Origin: an uncultured Chloroflexia bacterium
GTDB taxonomy: Bacteria > Chloroflexota > Limnocylindria > Limnocylindrales > CSP1-4
Reading direction: 5' to 3'
Assembly (NCBI GenBank): GCA_963833225.1
Contig: CAWHXD010000008.1
Coordinates: 896,001-960,000, forward strand
DNA: 64,000 nt
Below are positions 44,039-53,407 of this stretch, one piece after another (the first letter of the stretch is position 1; each line of letters begins with the position of its first letter). The position numbers and the translations under genes were made by a program. The notes under the pieces are model-generated. The model was not told the origin of the DNA. It saw only the letters and a list, made by a program, of their open reading frames with translations, and ran no database searches.

Positions 44039-44790
44039 GCTGTCCTTTCGCTGGTTCGCGCCAGGCTGGGCACGGGTCCTGCCGATGCTCGCCGGGCCTG
44101 GCCCGTCAATGCCGGCGCGTCACCGCCACCCGACTCGGGCTCCAGCCAGAGGGCGGCGAGCATCGTCCTGGCTTTCTCGAAATGATCGCGGATCGCCGCC
44201 TGGGCGCGGACCGTGTCACCGGAGCGCAGGGCCTCGAGCACAGGGGTGTGCAGGCCGGCGATCCTGTGGCGGTCCGCCCCGGGGACGGCGAGCGTGATGT
44301 AGGTGCGTGAATAGGGTTCCAGCAGGCTCCACACACGCTTGAGCGTGCCGTTGCCCGCAACATTCACGAGGTAGCCGTGGAAGGCGGCATCCGCTGATGC
44401 CTCGCCCACGGTATCCCCCGTCTCGGCCCTGGCGTGCATCTCCTCGAGGAGCGCGGCCAGCCGCTCGAGGTCCTCGCCCGTGAGACGCGGGACGGCGAGG
44501 CGGACGACGAGCGCCTCGAGCTCCGAGCGCACGGCGTAGGCCTCCAGGAGCTCGTCGCGCGACGGACGCCGGACGCGTGCCCCACGGAACGGGGCGATCT
44601 CCACGACGCCCAGGGCCTCGAGGTCGCGGAGCGCCTCGCGGACGGGCGCCTGGCTGGTGCCGAACTCGCGCGCGGCCTTGGTCTCGATGATCCGGGAGCC
44701 GGGCGGGTATCGGCCGTCAAGGATCGCCTCGAGGAGGCGGTCCTTGACGGTGTCGCTCAACACGGCGCGCGAGATCGCGGTTTCGGCCAT
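44035..44790 (-). CDS. GntR/FCD-family transcriptional regulator (1)
   Basis: IIETKAAREFGTSQAPVREAL HTH; FCD motifs DAAFH, AGN, LH. Confidence 0.92.
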   Translation of the reverse strand: MAETAISRAVLSDTVKDRLLEAILDGRYPPGSRIIETKAAREFGTSQAPVREALRDLEALGVVEIAPFRGARVRRPSRDELLEAYAVRSELEALVVRLAVPRLTGEDLERLAALLEEMHARAETGDTVGEASADAAFHGYLVNVAGNGTLKRVWSLLEPYSRTYITLAVPGADRHRIAGLHTPVLEALRSGDTVRAQAAIRDHFEKARTMLAALWLEPESGGGDAPALTGQARRASAGPVPSLARTSERTA

Positions 44791-44836
44791 CCTGGCGCCC
44801 TTTCCGCTCGTCCGGCTGCCGCTTGCCCGTCGCCGG

Positions 44837-46597
44837 CTACAGGATCTCGACGATCCCGCGAACGATGCCCTCGGCATCCTTCACGCCGGTCCCGTTGACA
44901 CGGAGCCGGTCACCGGTCTTGATCTTGATCGTGCCCACGGAGGTGCCCACGACGGCCGGGATCCCGTACTCGCGAGCGAGCACGGCCGGGTGGGACACGG
45001 TCCCGCCGGCGTCGGTGACGACCGCGATGATCTTGCCGTAGAGGACCTGCCAGGCCGGGTTGGTCATCTGGCAGACGAGGATCTCGCCCTCCTCCAGGCT
45101 GTCGAACTCCGCCTCGGACATGACGACGCGCGCCACACCCTCGACGATGCCCGGCGACCCGGCGATGCCGCTGACCTGGCCGTGCACCTGGACCTGGGAA
45201 CGGGTGAACTTGTCCGGGAAGCCCCACAGGTTGAGGTACGGGAACGCCAGCTGCGTCTCGGTGACGGTGCCGACCCAGTCACGAGGCTGGACCTTCTCGG
45301 CCGCCGCGCGCTTGGCCTTCGCGGCCGCCACGATCGCGCGGCCGTCGATGCCGGTCGGGTTGCCGATGAACGCGCGGAGCTCGTTGTACCGGAACAGGAC
45401 CACATCGTCGGGTCGGTCGAGGACACCCAGCTCCACCAGCTTCTCGCCGATCGCGACGAGCACGAGGCGGACGTGGGCGTTCGCCCCCTGGTCAATATAG
45501 AAGTGATGGTCCGGCGTGAGCGGGGCCATCTTGAGGTTGATGTCGTTGGCGGCGCGCATCTCCTCGAGCGCCTCGCCCTCGAGCCCTTGCAGGATCTCGA
45601 CCGCCGCGGCGTCGATGTCCGCCTTGAGCACCGCGATCTTGGTCGGATAGTCGTAGTCCGAGGCGAACTGGTCACGAACCAGCTGGACGACGGGCGTCAT
45701 GTCCTCGCGGAAGCTGGGGAAGATGAACTCGTGGCTCCAGACGGCGTGCCAGCCGAACTCCTTCTGGTACGGGTCTACCCGCTCATCGATGAACCGGCGG
45801 CCGCGCTCGCTTGCCTTCAGCGCGGGGACGATCTCGATCGCCGTCGTGGCCGCGAAGATGGAGGACAGCTCGGCGTCGGCCTTGACCTCCTCCTTCATGG
45901 TCCACAGGGCCTTGATCTTGTCCCAGTTGCGGTCATTGGCCGAGTTCTGGAGACGCCCCAGCAGGACCTCGTCGATCTTGCCGTGGGTCTTCTCCATGAC
46001 CGCCCGGAGGTTGAGCGTCGCGGACAGCTGCGCGAAGTTCAGCATCCAGTGGATCTTCCAGTGGCGGTCATGCATGTCGACCGCGTCCTCGAGGAGGACG
46101 GCCACCTCGGCCAGGCTGAGCTGGTCCTTCTGGTCCAGCATGCCCTCGATGTAGTCGAAGTTGCGCTGCATCTCGGGGACGAAGCGGGTCCGCCACCACT
46201 CGACGAACTTGTTGCCGTAGACGGGCAGGACGGTGCCGAGATAGGCGCCGATCTTGCCGGCGTACGCGTCGTCCTCGGGGACGATCGGGTGGGTCGTGTA
46301 GTTGTACTCCTGCGTCGCGACATCCACGCCAGCCTCGGCCGGGATCGCGGCGGTGTACAGGTATCCGTTGATGTTCTTGTAGATCCAGTCCGACGCGAAC
46401 GGCGTGCCGAAGCGGCGGAACATGTGATCGCAGGACAGCCACCAGCCACCGATGTCCTCATACATCGGGCTCAGCGGCTTCGGGCAGTGAAGGTCATCGT
46501 AGACCCAGAACAGCAGCTTCTCGGTCTCCGACGTCCACTCGACCGGGAACGACTCGTCCCCGAGGAACTGGCCCAGGACCTCTTCCTTGAGGGGCAC
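44837..46597 (-). CDS. PEP-utilizing-enzyme family protein: substrate-binding and phospho-His domains, no ATP-grasp (PpsA/CreH/Rph-like)
   Basis: AAGGAGG RBS and GTG; large helical N-region; GSPGIVEG, ILVCQMTNPAW, VTDAGGTVSHPAVLAREYGIPAVVGT. Confidence 0.85.
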   Translation of the reverse strand: MPLKEEVLGQFLGDESFPVEWTSETEKLLFWVYDDLHCPKPLSPMYEDIGGWWLSCDHMFRRFGTPFASDWIYKNINGYLYTAAIPAEAGVDVATQEYNYTTHPIVPEDDAYAGKIGAYLGTVLPVYGNKFVEWWRTRFVPEMQRNFDYIEGMLDQKDQLSLAEVAVLLEDAVDMHDRHWKIHWMLNFAQLSATLNLRAVMEKTHGKIDEVLLGRLQNSANDRNWDKIKALWTMKEEVKADAELSSIFAATTAIEIVPALKASERGRRFIDERVDPYQKEFGWHAVWSHEFIFPSFREDMTPVVQLVRDQFASDYDYPTKIAVLKADIDAAAVEILQGLEGEALEEMRAANDINLKMAPLTPDHHFYIDQGANAHVRLVLVAIGEKLVELGVLDRPDDVVLFRYNELRAFIGNPTGIDGRAIVAAAKAKRAAAEKVQPRDWVGTVTETQLAFPYLNLWGFPDKFTRSQVQVHGQVSGIAGSPGIVEGVARVVMSEAEFDSLEEGEILVCQMTNPAWQVLYGKIIAVVTDAGGTVSHPAVLAREYGIPAVVGTSVGTIKIKTGDRLRVNGTGVKDAEGIVRGIVEIL

Positions 46598-46756
46598 CGC
46601 TGCTTCCTCCTTGTGCGTGGCCCGGCGCCAATCGGACGCCGGTCTATGACGCTGGCTGGGCGCGGCGGCGGCCGTCCCCAGGTACCCGCGAACAACGCTC
46701 GGTTCCCGTCTCCGCGACCGGACGGACCGGGGACGGGCCCTCAATTGCCGCGGCAG

Positions 46757-46806
46757 ATCGATAATCGATTGTCTATACACTATGGTGCGCCGTCGGGCAG
46801 CGTCAA
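46757..46806 (-). promoter_or_regulatory. sigma70-like promoter of the long left operon with downstream operator (copy 3)
   Basis: Minus-strand TTGACG (46801-46806), 18 nt spacer, TAGTGT (46777-46782); TCGATAATCGA 46758-46768 followed by TTGTCTA. Confidence 0.75.
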
Positions 46807-46821
46807 GGTCGATCTCGCAGG

Positions 46822-47796
46822 TCATGGCGCGGTCCGATCCCCGGCGTCATCCGCGGTCAACGCGATGCGACCGGCCCGCGAGCGCGGCCGCCACTGGGCG
46901 AGCACCACCGCCACGAGGATCGCGGCCCCGCCGCCCAGCTCGACTGCCGTCAGCTGCTGGCCGAGGGCGAGGGCAGCCACAACCACCGCCACCACCGGCT
47001 CGGTCAGCAGCGCCACCGCTGCCCCCGTGCTTCCGATCAGCCGGACGCCGCCCACCACCCAGATCTTGGGCAGCGCGCCGAGCGTCCCGGCACACGCGAT
47101 CGCGGCCCAGGCCGCGGGTGCCGTCATCCAGTCACCCACGACGCCCGTGCCTTCGAGGACGATCGCCGCCGTGCCCGAGATCACGAGGCCCCCGAGCAGG
47201 ACGAGCGACGTGGCCTGGCCCGCGGGCACCTCGTCGAAGCCGCCGCGGATCGCCACCAGGTAGATGGCATGGAACGTCGCGGCGGCCCCGGCCAGGGCGA
47301 CGCCCAGGGCGGTCGCGTTCGCCCCGGGCCGCAGCCCGTCGCCCACGACGAGCGCGAGGCCGGCACAGGCGAGGGCGAGGGCGAGCACGCGGACCGGGGT
47401 CAGCCGCTCCCGGCCGAGGGCCGCCGCGAGCAGCGCCGTGATCACCGGGTAGCAGTAGTAGACGGCCATGACGAGCCCCACGGCCATCGCACCAAACGCG
47501 AGAAACAGGATGAGGTTCGTCAGGCCGTTGGTGACGATCACCAGCGCGAGCATGGCCCGCTGGCGTGACGACAGCCGGGACAACCGGACGGACGGCAGGT
47601 GACGCGCGAGCAGGAGCGCTCCCAGGATCGCCGCACCGACGGCGGCCCGCAGCGTGCTGAACGTCGCCGGCCCGATCCCCTCGGCGTACGCGAGGGCCGC
47701 GACCGGCCCCAGGGTGCCCATCGCGGATGCCGCCAGGAGCACCCGGACGAGCCCGCCCAACGGACGCTCCGCGACCCACCCCGGTTTCGCCACCAT
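46822..47796 (-). CDS. EamA/DMT family transporter
   Basis: ~10 TM helices; YYCYPVIT, LGRERL, LTEPVVA. Confidence 0.88.
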   Translation of the reverse strand: MVAKPGWVAERPLGGLVRVLLAASAMGTLGPVAALAYAEGIGPATFSTLRAAVGAAILGALLLARHLPSVRLSRLSSRQRAMLALVIVTNGLTNLILFLAFGAMAVGLVMAVYYCYPVITALLAAALGRERLTPVRVLALALACAGLALVVGDGLRPGANATALGVALAGAAATFHAIYLVAIRGGFDEVPAGQATSLVLLGGLVISGTAAIVLEGTGVVGDWMTAPAAWAAIACAGTLGALPKIWVVGGVRLIGSTGAAVALLTEPVVAVVVAALALGQQLTAVELGGGAAILVAVVLAQWRPRSRAGRIALTADDAGDRTAP

Positions 47797-47831
47797 CCAT
47801 GCTCCATCTGACGCGGTCGGCCAAATGGCGC

Positions 47832-47875
47832 TTGCATTGGGCCGCCGGTGCCGACTACTATCCTCGATTATCGAT
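47832..47875 (+). promoter_or_regulatory. Promoter and operator (copy 4) upstream of ABC operon
   Basis: TTGCAT 47832-47837, 18 nt spacer, TACTAT 47856-47861; TCGATTATCGA 47864-47874. Confidence 0.7.
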
Positions 47876-48048
47876 CATGCGAGGCCGTCAAGCCGCCGTC
47901 GCGTGGCACTTGTGAGCCGCTTGCGTCCCGCGGTTCCGTCATGAGGTTGACGAATGACCAACGGCACACCCATGGAATTGGGCAGGCTCACGGGGTCCGG
48001 TGCGTCCGGGCACGGAGATCGCGTCCGGTTGCCCTCGGGTGACGCCTG

Positions 48049-48921
48049 ATGGACTTCATCATCCAGTCCTTCGTCATCGGGCTCACCGAGAACGCCCCCC
48101 TGGTCCTCGCCGCGATCGGCTTCGCGCTGCTGTACCGGCTCACCGGCCTGATCAACGTCGCGTACGCGGAGACGATCACGCTGGGCGCCTACTTCGGGAT
48201 GTGGTTCAACACCACCTTTGGCCTCAACTTCTACGCCGTGCTGATCCCGACCGCGCTGCTCTCGGGCGTCCTCAGCGTCGCGACCTACCTCATCCTGTTC
48301 CGGCCGGCGAGGCGGCGTGGCGTCGGTGGGCTGGAGATGATCATCATCTCCTTCGGGCTGTCGATCTTCCTGCGGCACGGCCTGCAGTTCGTCTTCGGCT
48401 ACCCAGAGCGCTTCTACGACGTCCCGTCACCCGAGACGCTGTTCATCCTGGGTGTTGGCGTGACCTCGTTCCGCCTGCTGGCCCTGGCCGGCGTCGCGGC
48501 GCTCTCGCTGCTCCTCTACCTGTTCATCCAGCGAACCAGCTATGGCCTCCAGATCCGGGCCCTGGCCAGCGACGAGGACCTGGCGCGGGTGAGCGGCATC
48601 CGGCCGCTCGCGGTGACCGTGCTGATCTGGGCCATCGCGGGCGTCGCGGGCGGCCTGGCCGGGGCGTTCTACGGCGTCGGCGCGTCCGTCTCCCCGCTGC
48701 TGGGGTGGCGGCAGTTCCTGCCGGTGCTGCTCGTCGTGCTCGTTGGCCGGGCATGGGGTCTGGGCGGCGTGATCGTCGTCGCGGTGGCGACCGGGATCGC
48801 CCTGGCGGCCATGGCGCTCCAGTTCGACCAGATCCTGTACGCCCAGGTCGTGCTGATCGTCGGCTTCATCGCCGTCCTCAAGTGGCGGGCCAGACGGCTC
48901 CCCGAGACGGCGAAGGTGTAG
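48049..48921 (+). CDS. Branched-chain-amino-acid-type ABC permease (LivH-like)
   Basis: LAAIGFALLYRLTGLINVAY, YGLQIRA, ARVSGI. Confidence 0.9.
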   Translation: MDFIIQSFVIGLTENAPLVLAAIGFALLYRLTGLINVAYAETITLGAYFGMWFNTTFGLNFYAVLIPTALLSGVLSVATYLILFRPARRRGVGGLEMIIISFGLSIFLRHGLQFVFGYPERFYDVPSPETLFILGVGVTSFRLLALAGVAALSLLLYLFIQRTSYGLQIRALASDEDLARVSGIRPLAVTVLIWAIAGVAGGLAGAFYGVGASVSPLLGWRQFLPVLLVVLVGRAWGLGGVIVVAVATGIALAAMALQFDQILYAQVVLIVGFIAVLKWRARRLPETAKV

Positions 48922-48925
48922 CGGC

Positions 48926-49873
48926 ATGCTCGACTGGCTTGACTCCTTCCTTATCACCGGCCTGTTCGAGGTCGTGATGATCGCGGGCCTCGCGCTGCTG
49001 CTCCACCTGCAGCTCGGGCTCACGCGGATCGCCAACTTCGGCGTCGTGGGCTTCTGGGGCATCGGGATGTACGCCTTCGGCGTGCTGTACGTCCAGGTGG
49101 ACTGGTCCTTCGGCGACCCGTGGCTGTTCCTCGTCTGTGCCGCCGCGGCCACGCTCGTGGCGGGAGTGGCCGGGCTCCTTGTCGGATGGTTGATCTCGGA
49201 CCTCGACACCGACGGCGTGCTCGTCATCACGCTCGGGTTCGCGACGGTGGTCCAGATCCTCGCCACCACCGAGCAGGACATCACCGGGGGCGCGTTCGGC
49301 CTGGGCGGGCTCCGCATCCCGTTCAACATCGGCAAGGTGAAGGAGAACGAGTTCGCCTGGCTCGTGGTCACGACCCTCGTCGTCGGCCTGATCCTTCTCT
49401 ACGCGTGGCGGGTCCACCGCTCGCCCCAAGGGCGCCTCCTGATCGCCACGGGCGGCAACGAGCCGCTCGCACGCAGCCTCGGGAAGTCGACCTTCCGCGC
49501 CAAGCTCCTGCTGTTCGCGGTCACGTCCGCCGCGATGGGCTTCCTCGGCGCCATGGATGCCGCCATGGTGCGGTACCTCGACGTCGGCCACATCGGGATC
49601 GACATCACGCTCGCGGCGATCGTCGGGCTGGTGCTGGGCGGCAGCGCCCGCGTCTGGGGGCCGATCGTGGGCGTCGTCCTGACGGTGGGCCTGTTCGACA
49701 TCGTCGTGCGGACGTACCTGCCCCTGCCCAGGGAGTGGTACTCGCAGACGATCCCGGTCCTCCGCGAGGTGGCGTTCGGGCTCGCGCTGATCCTCGTCCT
49801 GCTGTTCCGGCCGCTGGGGCTGCTCGGCGACATGCAGCGGGACAAGCTGATGGGAAAGCTCCATGGGCGCTGA
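48926..49873 (+). CDS. Branched-chain-amino-acid-type ABC permease (LivM-like)
   Basis: ANFG, ITLGF, TGGAFG, SPQGRLL, LVLGG. Confidence 0.9.
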   Translation: MLDWLDSFLITGLFEVVMIAGLALLLHLQLGLTRIANFGVVGFWGIGMYAFGVLYVQVDWSFGDPWLFLVCAAAATLVAGVAGLLVGWLISDLDTDGVLVITLGFATVVQILATTEQDITGGAFGLGGLRIPFNIGKVKENEFAWLVVTTLVVGLILLYAWRVHRSPQGRLLIATGGNEPLARSLGKSTFRAKLLLFAVTSAAMGFLGAMDAAMVRYLDVGHIGIDITLAAIVGLVLGGSARVWGPIVGVVLTVGLFDIVVRTYLPLPREWYSQTIPVLREVAFGLALILVLLFRPLGLLGDMQRDKLMGKLHGR

Positions 49874-50660
49874 CGTCGTGACGACCGGGGCTGCCATCCG
49901 GCCGCGGATCCGGGTCGAGGGTGCGGTCAAGAGCTTCTCGGGCCACGTGGTCGTGGACGTCGACGAGCTCGTTCTCGGCGACCAGCCGATCGAGGGGCTG
50001 ATCGGACCCAACGGCGCCGGCAAGACGACGCTGATGCGCATGATCATGCATTCGATCCCGCTCGACCGGGGCATCGTCACGCTCCTGCCGGCCGACGGCA
50101 GGCCGCCGGTGCAGCTGTCGGGCCTGGCCACCGACCGGATGGCACGCCACGGGGTCGTCAAGAGCAACCAGGTCATCATGGACTTCGACAAGCTGACGAT
50201 CTGGGACTCGCTCCTGCTCGCCGTTGCCGAGGCGAGGTACGAGCAGCCGCACCGGATCTTCAGCGAACGGACGGTGTTCGCGCGCCACGAGCAGGAGATC
50301 CGGCACTACCTCGACTACTTCGGGTTCGACGACCCGACGCAGTTCGCCATGTCGGCCGGCGAGAAGAAGCTCCTCGACATCGTCCGCTGCCTGCTGCTCA
50401 AGCCGGCCTTCCTGCTGCTCGACGAGCCCACCGCCGGTCTCCCCGACGACCTGACCGAGAAGGTGATGGTCGTAATCCGGGAGCTGGCCGCGGCCGGTAC
50501 CGCGGTCGTGATCGTGGAGCACGACCTCAACGTCATCTGGAATCTCTGCGACCAGGTCCACTTCATGGCCGAGGGCAAGGTCGTCCTGCGGGGCGCCCCC
50601 GACTCGATCCGGGAGCACGCCACGGTCGTGGAGAAGTACCTGGGAGAGGGTCATGTCTGA
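49863..50660 (+). CDS. ABC ATP-binding protein (LivG-like)
   Basis: GPNGAGKTT, LLDEPTAG, VEHDL, YLG. Confidence 0.9.
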   Translation: MGADVVTTGAAIRPRIRVEGAVKSFSGHVVVDVDELVLGDQPIEGLIGPNGAGKTTLMRMIMHSIPLDRGIVTLLPADGRPPVQLSGLATDRMARHGVVKSNQVIMDFDKLTIWDSLLLAVAEARYEQPHRIFSERTVFARHEQEIRHYLDYFGFDDPTQFAMSAGEKKLLDIVRCLLLKPAFLLLDEPTAGLPDDLTEKVMVVIRELAAAGTAVVIVEHDLNVIWNLCDQVHFMAEGKVVLRGAPDSIREHATVVEKYLGEGHV

Positions 50661-51420
50661 GCTGCCCTCCACCCCGTCTGCGCTCGGGGCCCAGGCCGCG
50701 CCCGCCCCCGCGCCGCGCGTTCCCGCGATGCTCGAGGTCGAGGGCCTGCGCAGTGGCTACCACGGCGTCACGGTCCTCAAGGGCCTCGACTTCACGGTCG
50801 GCAACGAGATCTTCACCGTGCTCGGAGCCAATGGCGCGGGCAAGACGACGCTGCTCGCGACCCTGGCGCGCCTGATCCCGCTGATGTCCGGATCGATCCG
50901 GCTCGGGGGGGTCGACGTGTCGCGGCTGCGCCCGTACCAGACCGCGCGACGGGGGATCGGCTACGTGCCCCAGGAGAAGGGCGTGTTCGCGGACCTCACC
51001 GTCGCCGAGAACCTGGCCATCGGCGGGATGATCGGCGGGCGATCGCACGACGAGCGGCTCGGCGAGGTGTTCCAGCTGTTCCCCGACCTCGAGGCGCTGC
51101 AGGGCCACAAGGCCGGGACCCTCAGCGGCGGCGAGTCGCGCATGGTGGCCTGCGGGCGCGCGCTGATGCAGGACCCGAAGCTGCTGCTGCTCGACGAGCC
51201 CACGGCCGGCCTCTCGCCGCTGTACGTGGACCTGTTCTTCGAGAAGGTCCTGGAGATCCATCGGACCCGTGGCGTCGCCATCATCCTCGCCGAGCAGAAC
51301 GCCACCAAGGCACTCCAGGTCGCGGACCGGGTGATGGTGCTCAGCCTCGGCGAGGCGTACGCCATCCAGGGCGCCAGGGACCTGACAACTCAGCAGCTCA
51401 AGGAGGGCTACCGGATCTGA
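50653..51420 (+). CDS. ABC ATP-binding protein (LivF-like)
   Basis: GANGAGKTT, LSGGE, LLDEPTAGL, AEQN. Confidence 0.92.
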   Translation: MSELPSTPSALGAQAAPAPAPRVPAMLEVEGLRSGYHGVTVLKGLDFTVGNEIFTVLGANGAGKTTLLATLARLIPLMSGSIRLGGVDVSRLRPYQTARRGIGYVPQEKGVFADLTVAENLAIGGMIGGRSHDERLGEVFQLFPDLEALQGHKAGTLSGGESRMVACGRALMQDPKLLLLDEPTAGLSPLYVDLFFEKVLEIHRTRGVAIILAEQNATKALQVADRVMVLSLGEAYAIQGARDLTTQQLKEGYRI

Positions 51421-51458
51421 GTTCGCCACTGTTCACGACATGACAATGGAGGAGATCA

Positions 51459-52874
51459 ATGACGGTCAACAGGTTCAAGTGGGGCCGCATCCCTGTCGGG
51501 ATCACGGTCCTCGCGCTCCTCGCAGGTGCATGCGGAGGCGGCACGGCCACGACGGCGCCCCAGGATTCGGGGGCCGCACCCGCCACGGTCGCACCCGTCG
51601 AGTCGACCGCAATGTCGACCGAGCCGGTGGTCGTCTGCGAGCTCGCCTACTACACCGGGGCGTTCGCGGACTACGGTCCGTCGCTCACCAACGACGTGCG
51701 CTTCGCGGTCGAGGACGTCATCAACGCCGATCCGCCGCTCGGCCGCTCCTGGGAGCTCGTCTCCGAGGACATCGGCGACGACCATGAGGGCCAGGCGGCC
51801 AAGATCTGCCTCGAGCAGCACAAGGCCGAGATCCTCGTCAGCATCGCCCACCAGTACCGGACCTACCGGGACTACATGATGGAGTACTGGCAGGAGAACG
51901 ATTCCCCGCTCGGGCCGTCCGTCCACGGCGGCGCCATCCCGGGCAACCTCGGCGGCAAGGCCGCGGAGCCGATCTTCCGGGCGCAGGGCCTCGACGAGGC
52001 GCTGGGCACCTACGGGGCGCTCTATGCGGAGCAGGAAGGCCTCACCAACATCGTGATCTTCGCGACCCAGGTCGAGGGCTTCCAGCTCGCGGCCGATGCC
52101 TCCGAGAAGGCCGCGGGCATCCTGGGCCTCAATCTCCTGCAGCGGATCAACGTCCCCGCGAAGCAGGCCTCGTACCGGGCCGAGGCCCAGAAGATCGCTG
52201 GTCTACACCCCGATGCCGTGCTCGTCCAGGCGGGCTCCACCGAATCCGCCGCCCTCATCAAGGGCGCGGCCGAGGCCGGCCTGTCTCTCACCTGGATCGG
52301 CGAGACCGGCTGGAGCGAGGCGCAGTTCATCGGGACGCTGGGCACGGATCCGATCGCCTCGCAGCAGTCGATCGGCTTCCCCTCGTTCGCCCCCAACAAG
52401 TCGACCCCGGCCTGGGCGTTCTACCAGCCCCTGTGGGACGGCCAGACGAACTGCGCCGAGGGCGTGACCGCCTGCCCGCCCTACGACGCTGGCAACCAGT
52501 ACGCCTTCTCCACCTACGATCTGTTCGTCCAGACGGCGCTGGCCGTCGAGGCGGGCGGGTCATACCTGGCCAGTGACTGGGCCCCGGCGATGTTCGAGGT
52601 CGGTGACGTCGGCGAGAAGTGCTACACCTACCTGGACTGCCTGAAGCTGATCCGCGAAGGCAAGGACATCGACTACGACGGGGTCACCGGCCCCGGTCTG
52701 TACACGGACGGTGGCGTCAACGCCGTCACGCCGGCCTACATCCCGTTCCAGGCGGACGGAACACCGGGCGAACCGGTGCTCCTCGACGCTGCGAAGGGCC
52801 TTGACATCCTCGACCAGATCGTGACCAAGGCTGACTGCACGCCCGAGAACCCGCCCAACGAGTGCAAGTGGTAG
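51459..52874 (+). CDS. ABC substrate-binding lipoprotein (LivK-like fold)
   Basis: GGAGGAG RBS; lipobox LAGAC; TGAFADYG; DIDYDGVTG. Confidence 0.88.
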   Translation: MTVNRFKWGRIPVGITVLALLAGACGGGTATTAPQDSGAAPATVAPVESTAMSTEPVVVCELAYYTGAFADYGPSLTNDVRFAVEDVINADPPLGRSWELVSEDIGDDHEGQAAKICLEQHKAEILVSIAHQYRTYRDYMMEYWQENDSPLGPSVHGGAIPGNLGGKAAEPIFRAQGLDEALGTYGALYAEQEGLTNIVIFATQVEGFQLAADASEKAAGILGLNLLQRINVPAKQASYRAEAQKIAGLHPDAVLVQAGSTESAALIKGAAEAGLSLTWIGETGWSEAQFIGTLGTDPIASQQSIGFPSFAPNKSTPAWAFYQPLWDGQTNCAEGVTACPPYDAGNQYAFSTYDLFVQTALAVEAGGSYLASDWAPAMFEVGDVGEKCYTYLDCLKLIREGKDIDYDGVTGPGLYTDGGVNAVTPAYIPFQADGTPGEPVLLDAAKGLDILDQIVTKADCTPENPPNECKW

Positions 52875-52902
52875 CGATCGGACCTCGCGTCTGATCTCCA
52901 GG

Positions 52903-52939
52903 AAGGGGCCCTCCTGTCCACGACGGGAGGGCCCCTTTT
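52903..52939 (+). terminator. Rho-independent terminator after ABC operon
   Basis: AAGGGGCCCTCCTGTC-cac-GACGGGAGGGCCCCTT stem followed by T run. Confidence 0.85.
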
Positions 52940-52954
52940 CCATGCCGTCTCGGC

Positions 52955-53002
52955 TTGACCCGAGCCGGTCGCTCGACTAACATCGATAATCGATTATCTA
53001 GA
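52955..53002 (+). promoter_or_regulatory. Promoter and operator (copy 5) upstream of cupin-transketolase operon
   Basis: TTGACC 52955-52960, 17 nt spacer, TAACAT 52978-52983; TCGATAATCGATTATCTAGA from 52983. Confidence 0.8.
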
Positions 53003-53038
53003 CCGACGGGCTCCCCGTCATGCCGTTGAGGTGCTCCG

Positions 53039-53407
53039 ATGATCACGCGCGTGGCCCGCGACGACGCCGAGAAGGTCCCGCTCCCCGGGCGCGTCTGGCA
53101 CTCCTACTTCGGGCCCAAGGACGGCGTGTCCACGCTGGTCTCGCTGGGGGTCTCGGTCTACCCGCCCGGCTCGAAGCCCGAGGGCCACGTCCATGCCGCC
53201 GAGGAGGAGACCATCTACTGCGCCGCCGGCCGCGGACGGATCGTGACGCCGGACGGCGTCGCCGAGGTCTGGCCGGGCGTGGTGGTCCACGTCTCCCCCG
53301 GCACCTTCCACGCCACCGAGGCTGACGGCCCCGAGCCGCTCGAGCTGCTGTGCCTGTTCTCCCCGCCCGTCGTCTCCGGCTCCTACGAGCAGAAGGACGC
53401 CTCATGA
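53039..53407 (+). CDS. Cupin-domain protein
   Basis: GHVHAAEEE and PGTFH metal-binding motifs. Confidence 0.88.
   Translation: MITRVARDDAEKVPLPGRVWHSYFGPKDGVSTLVSLGVSVYPPGSKPEGHVHAAEEETIYCAAGRGRIVTPDGVAEVWPGVVVHVSPGTFHATEADGPEPLELLCLFSPPVVSGSYEQKDAS

Noticed and set aside
44837-46597. Rifampicin phosphotransferase resistance gene
   Set aside because: Lacks the N-terminal ATP-grasp of Rph and sits in a catabolic operon.
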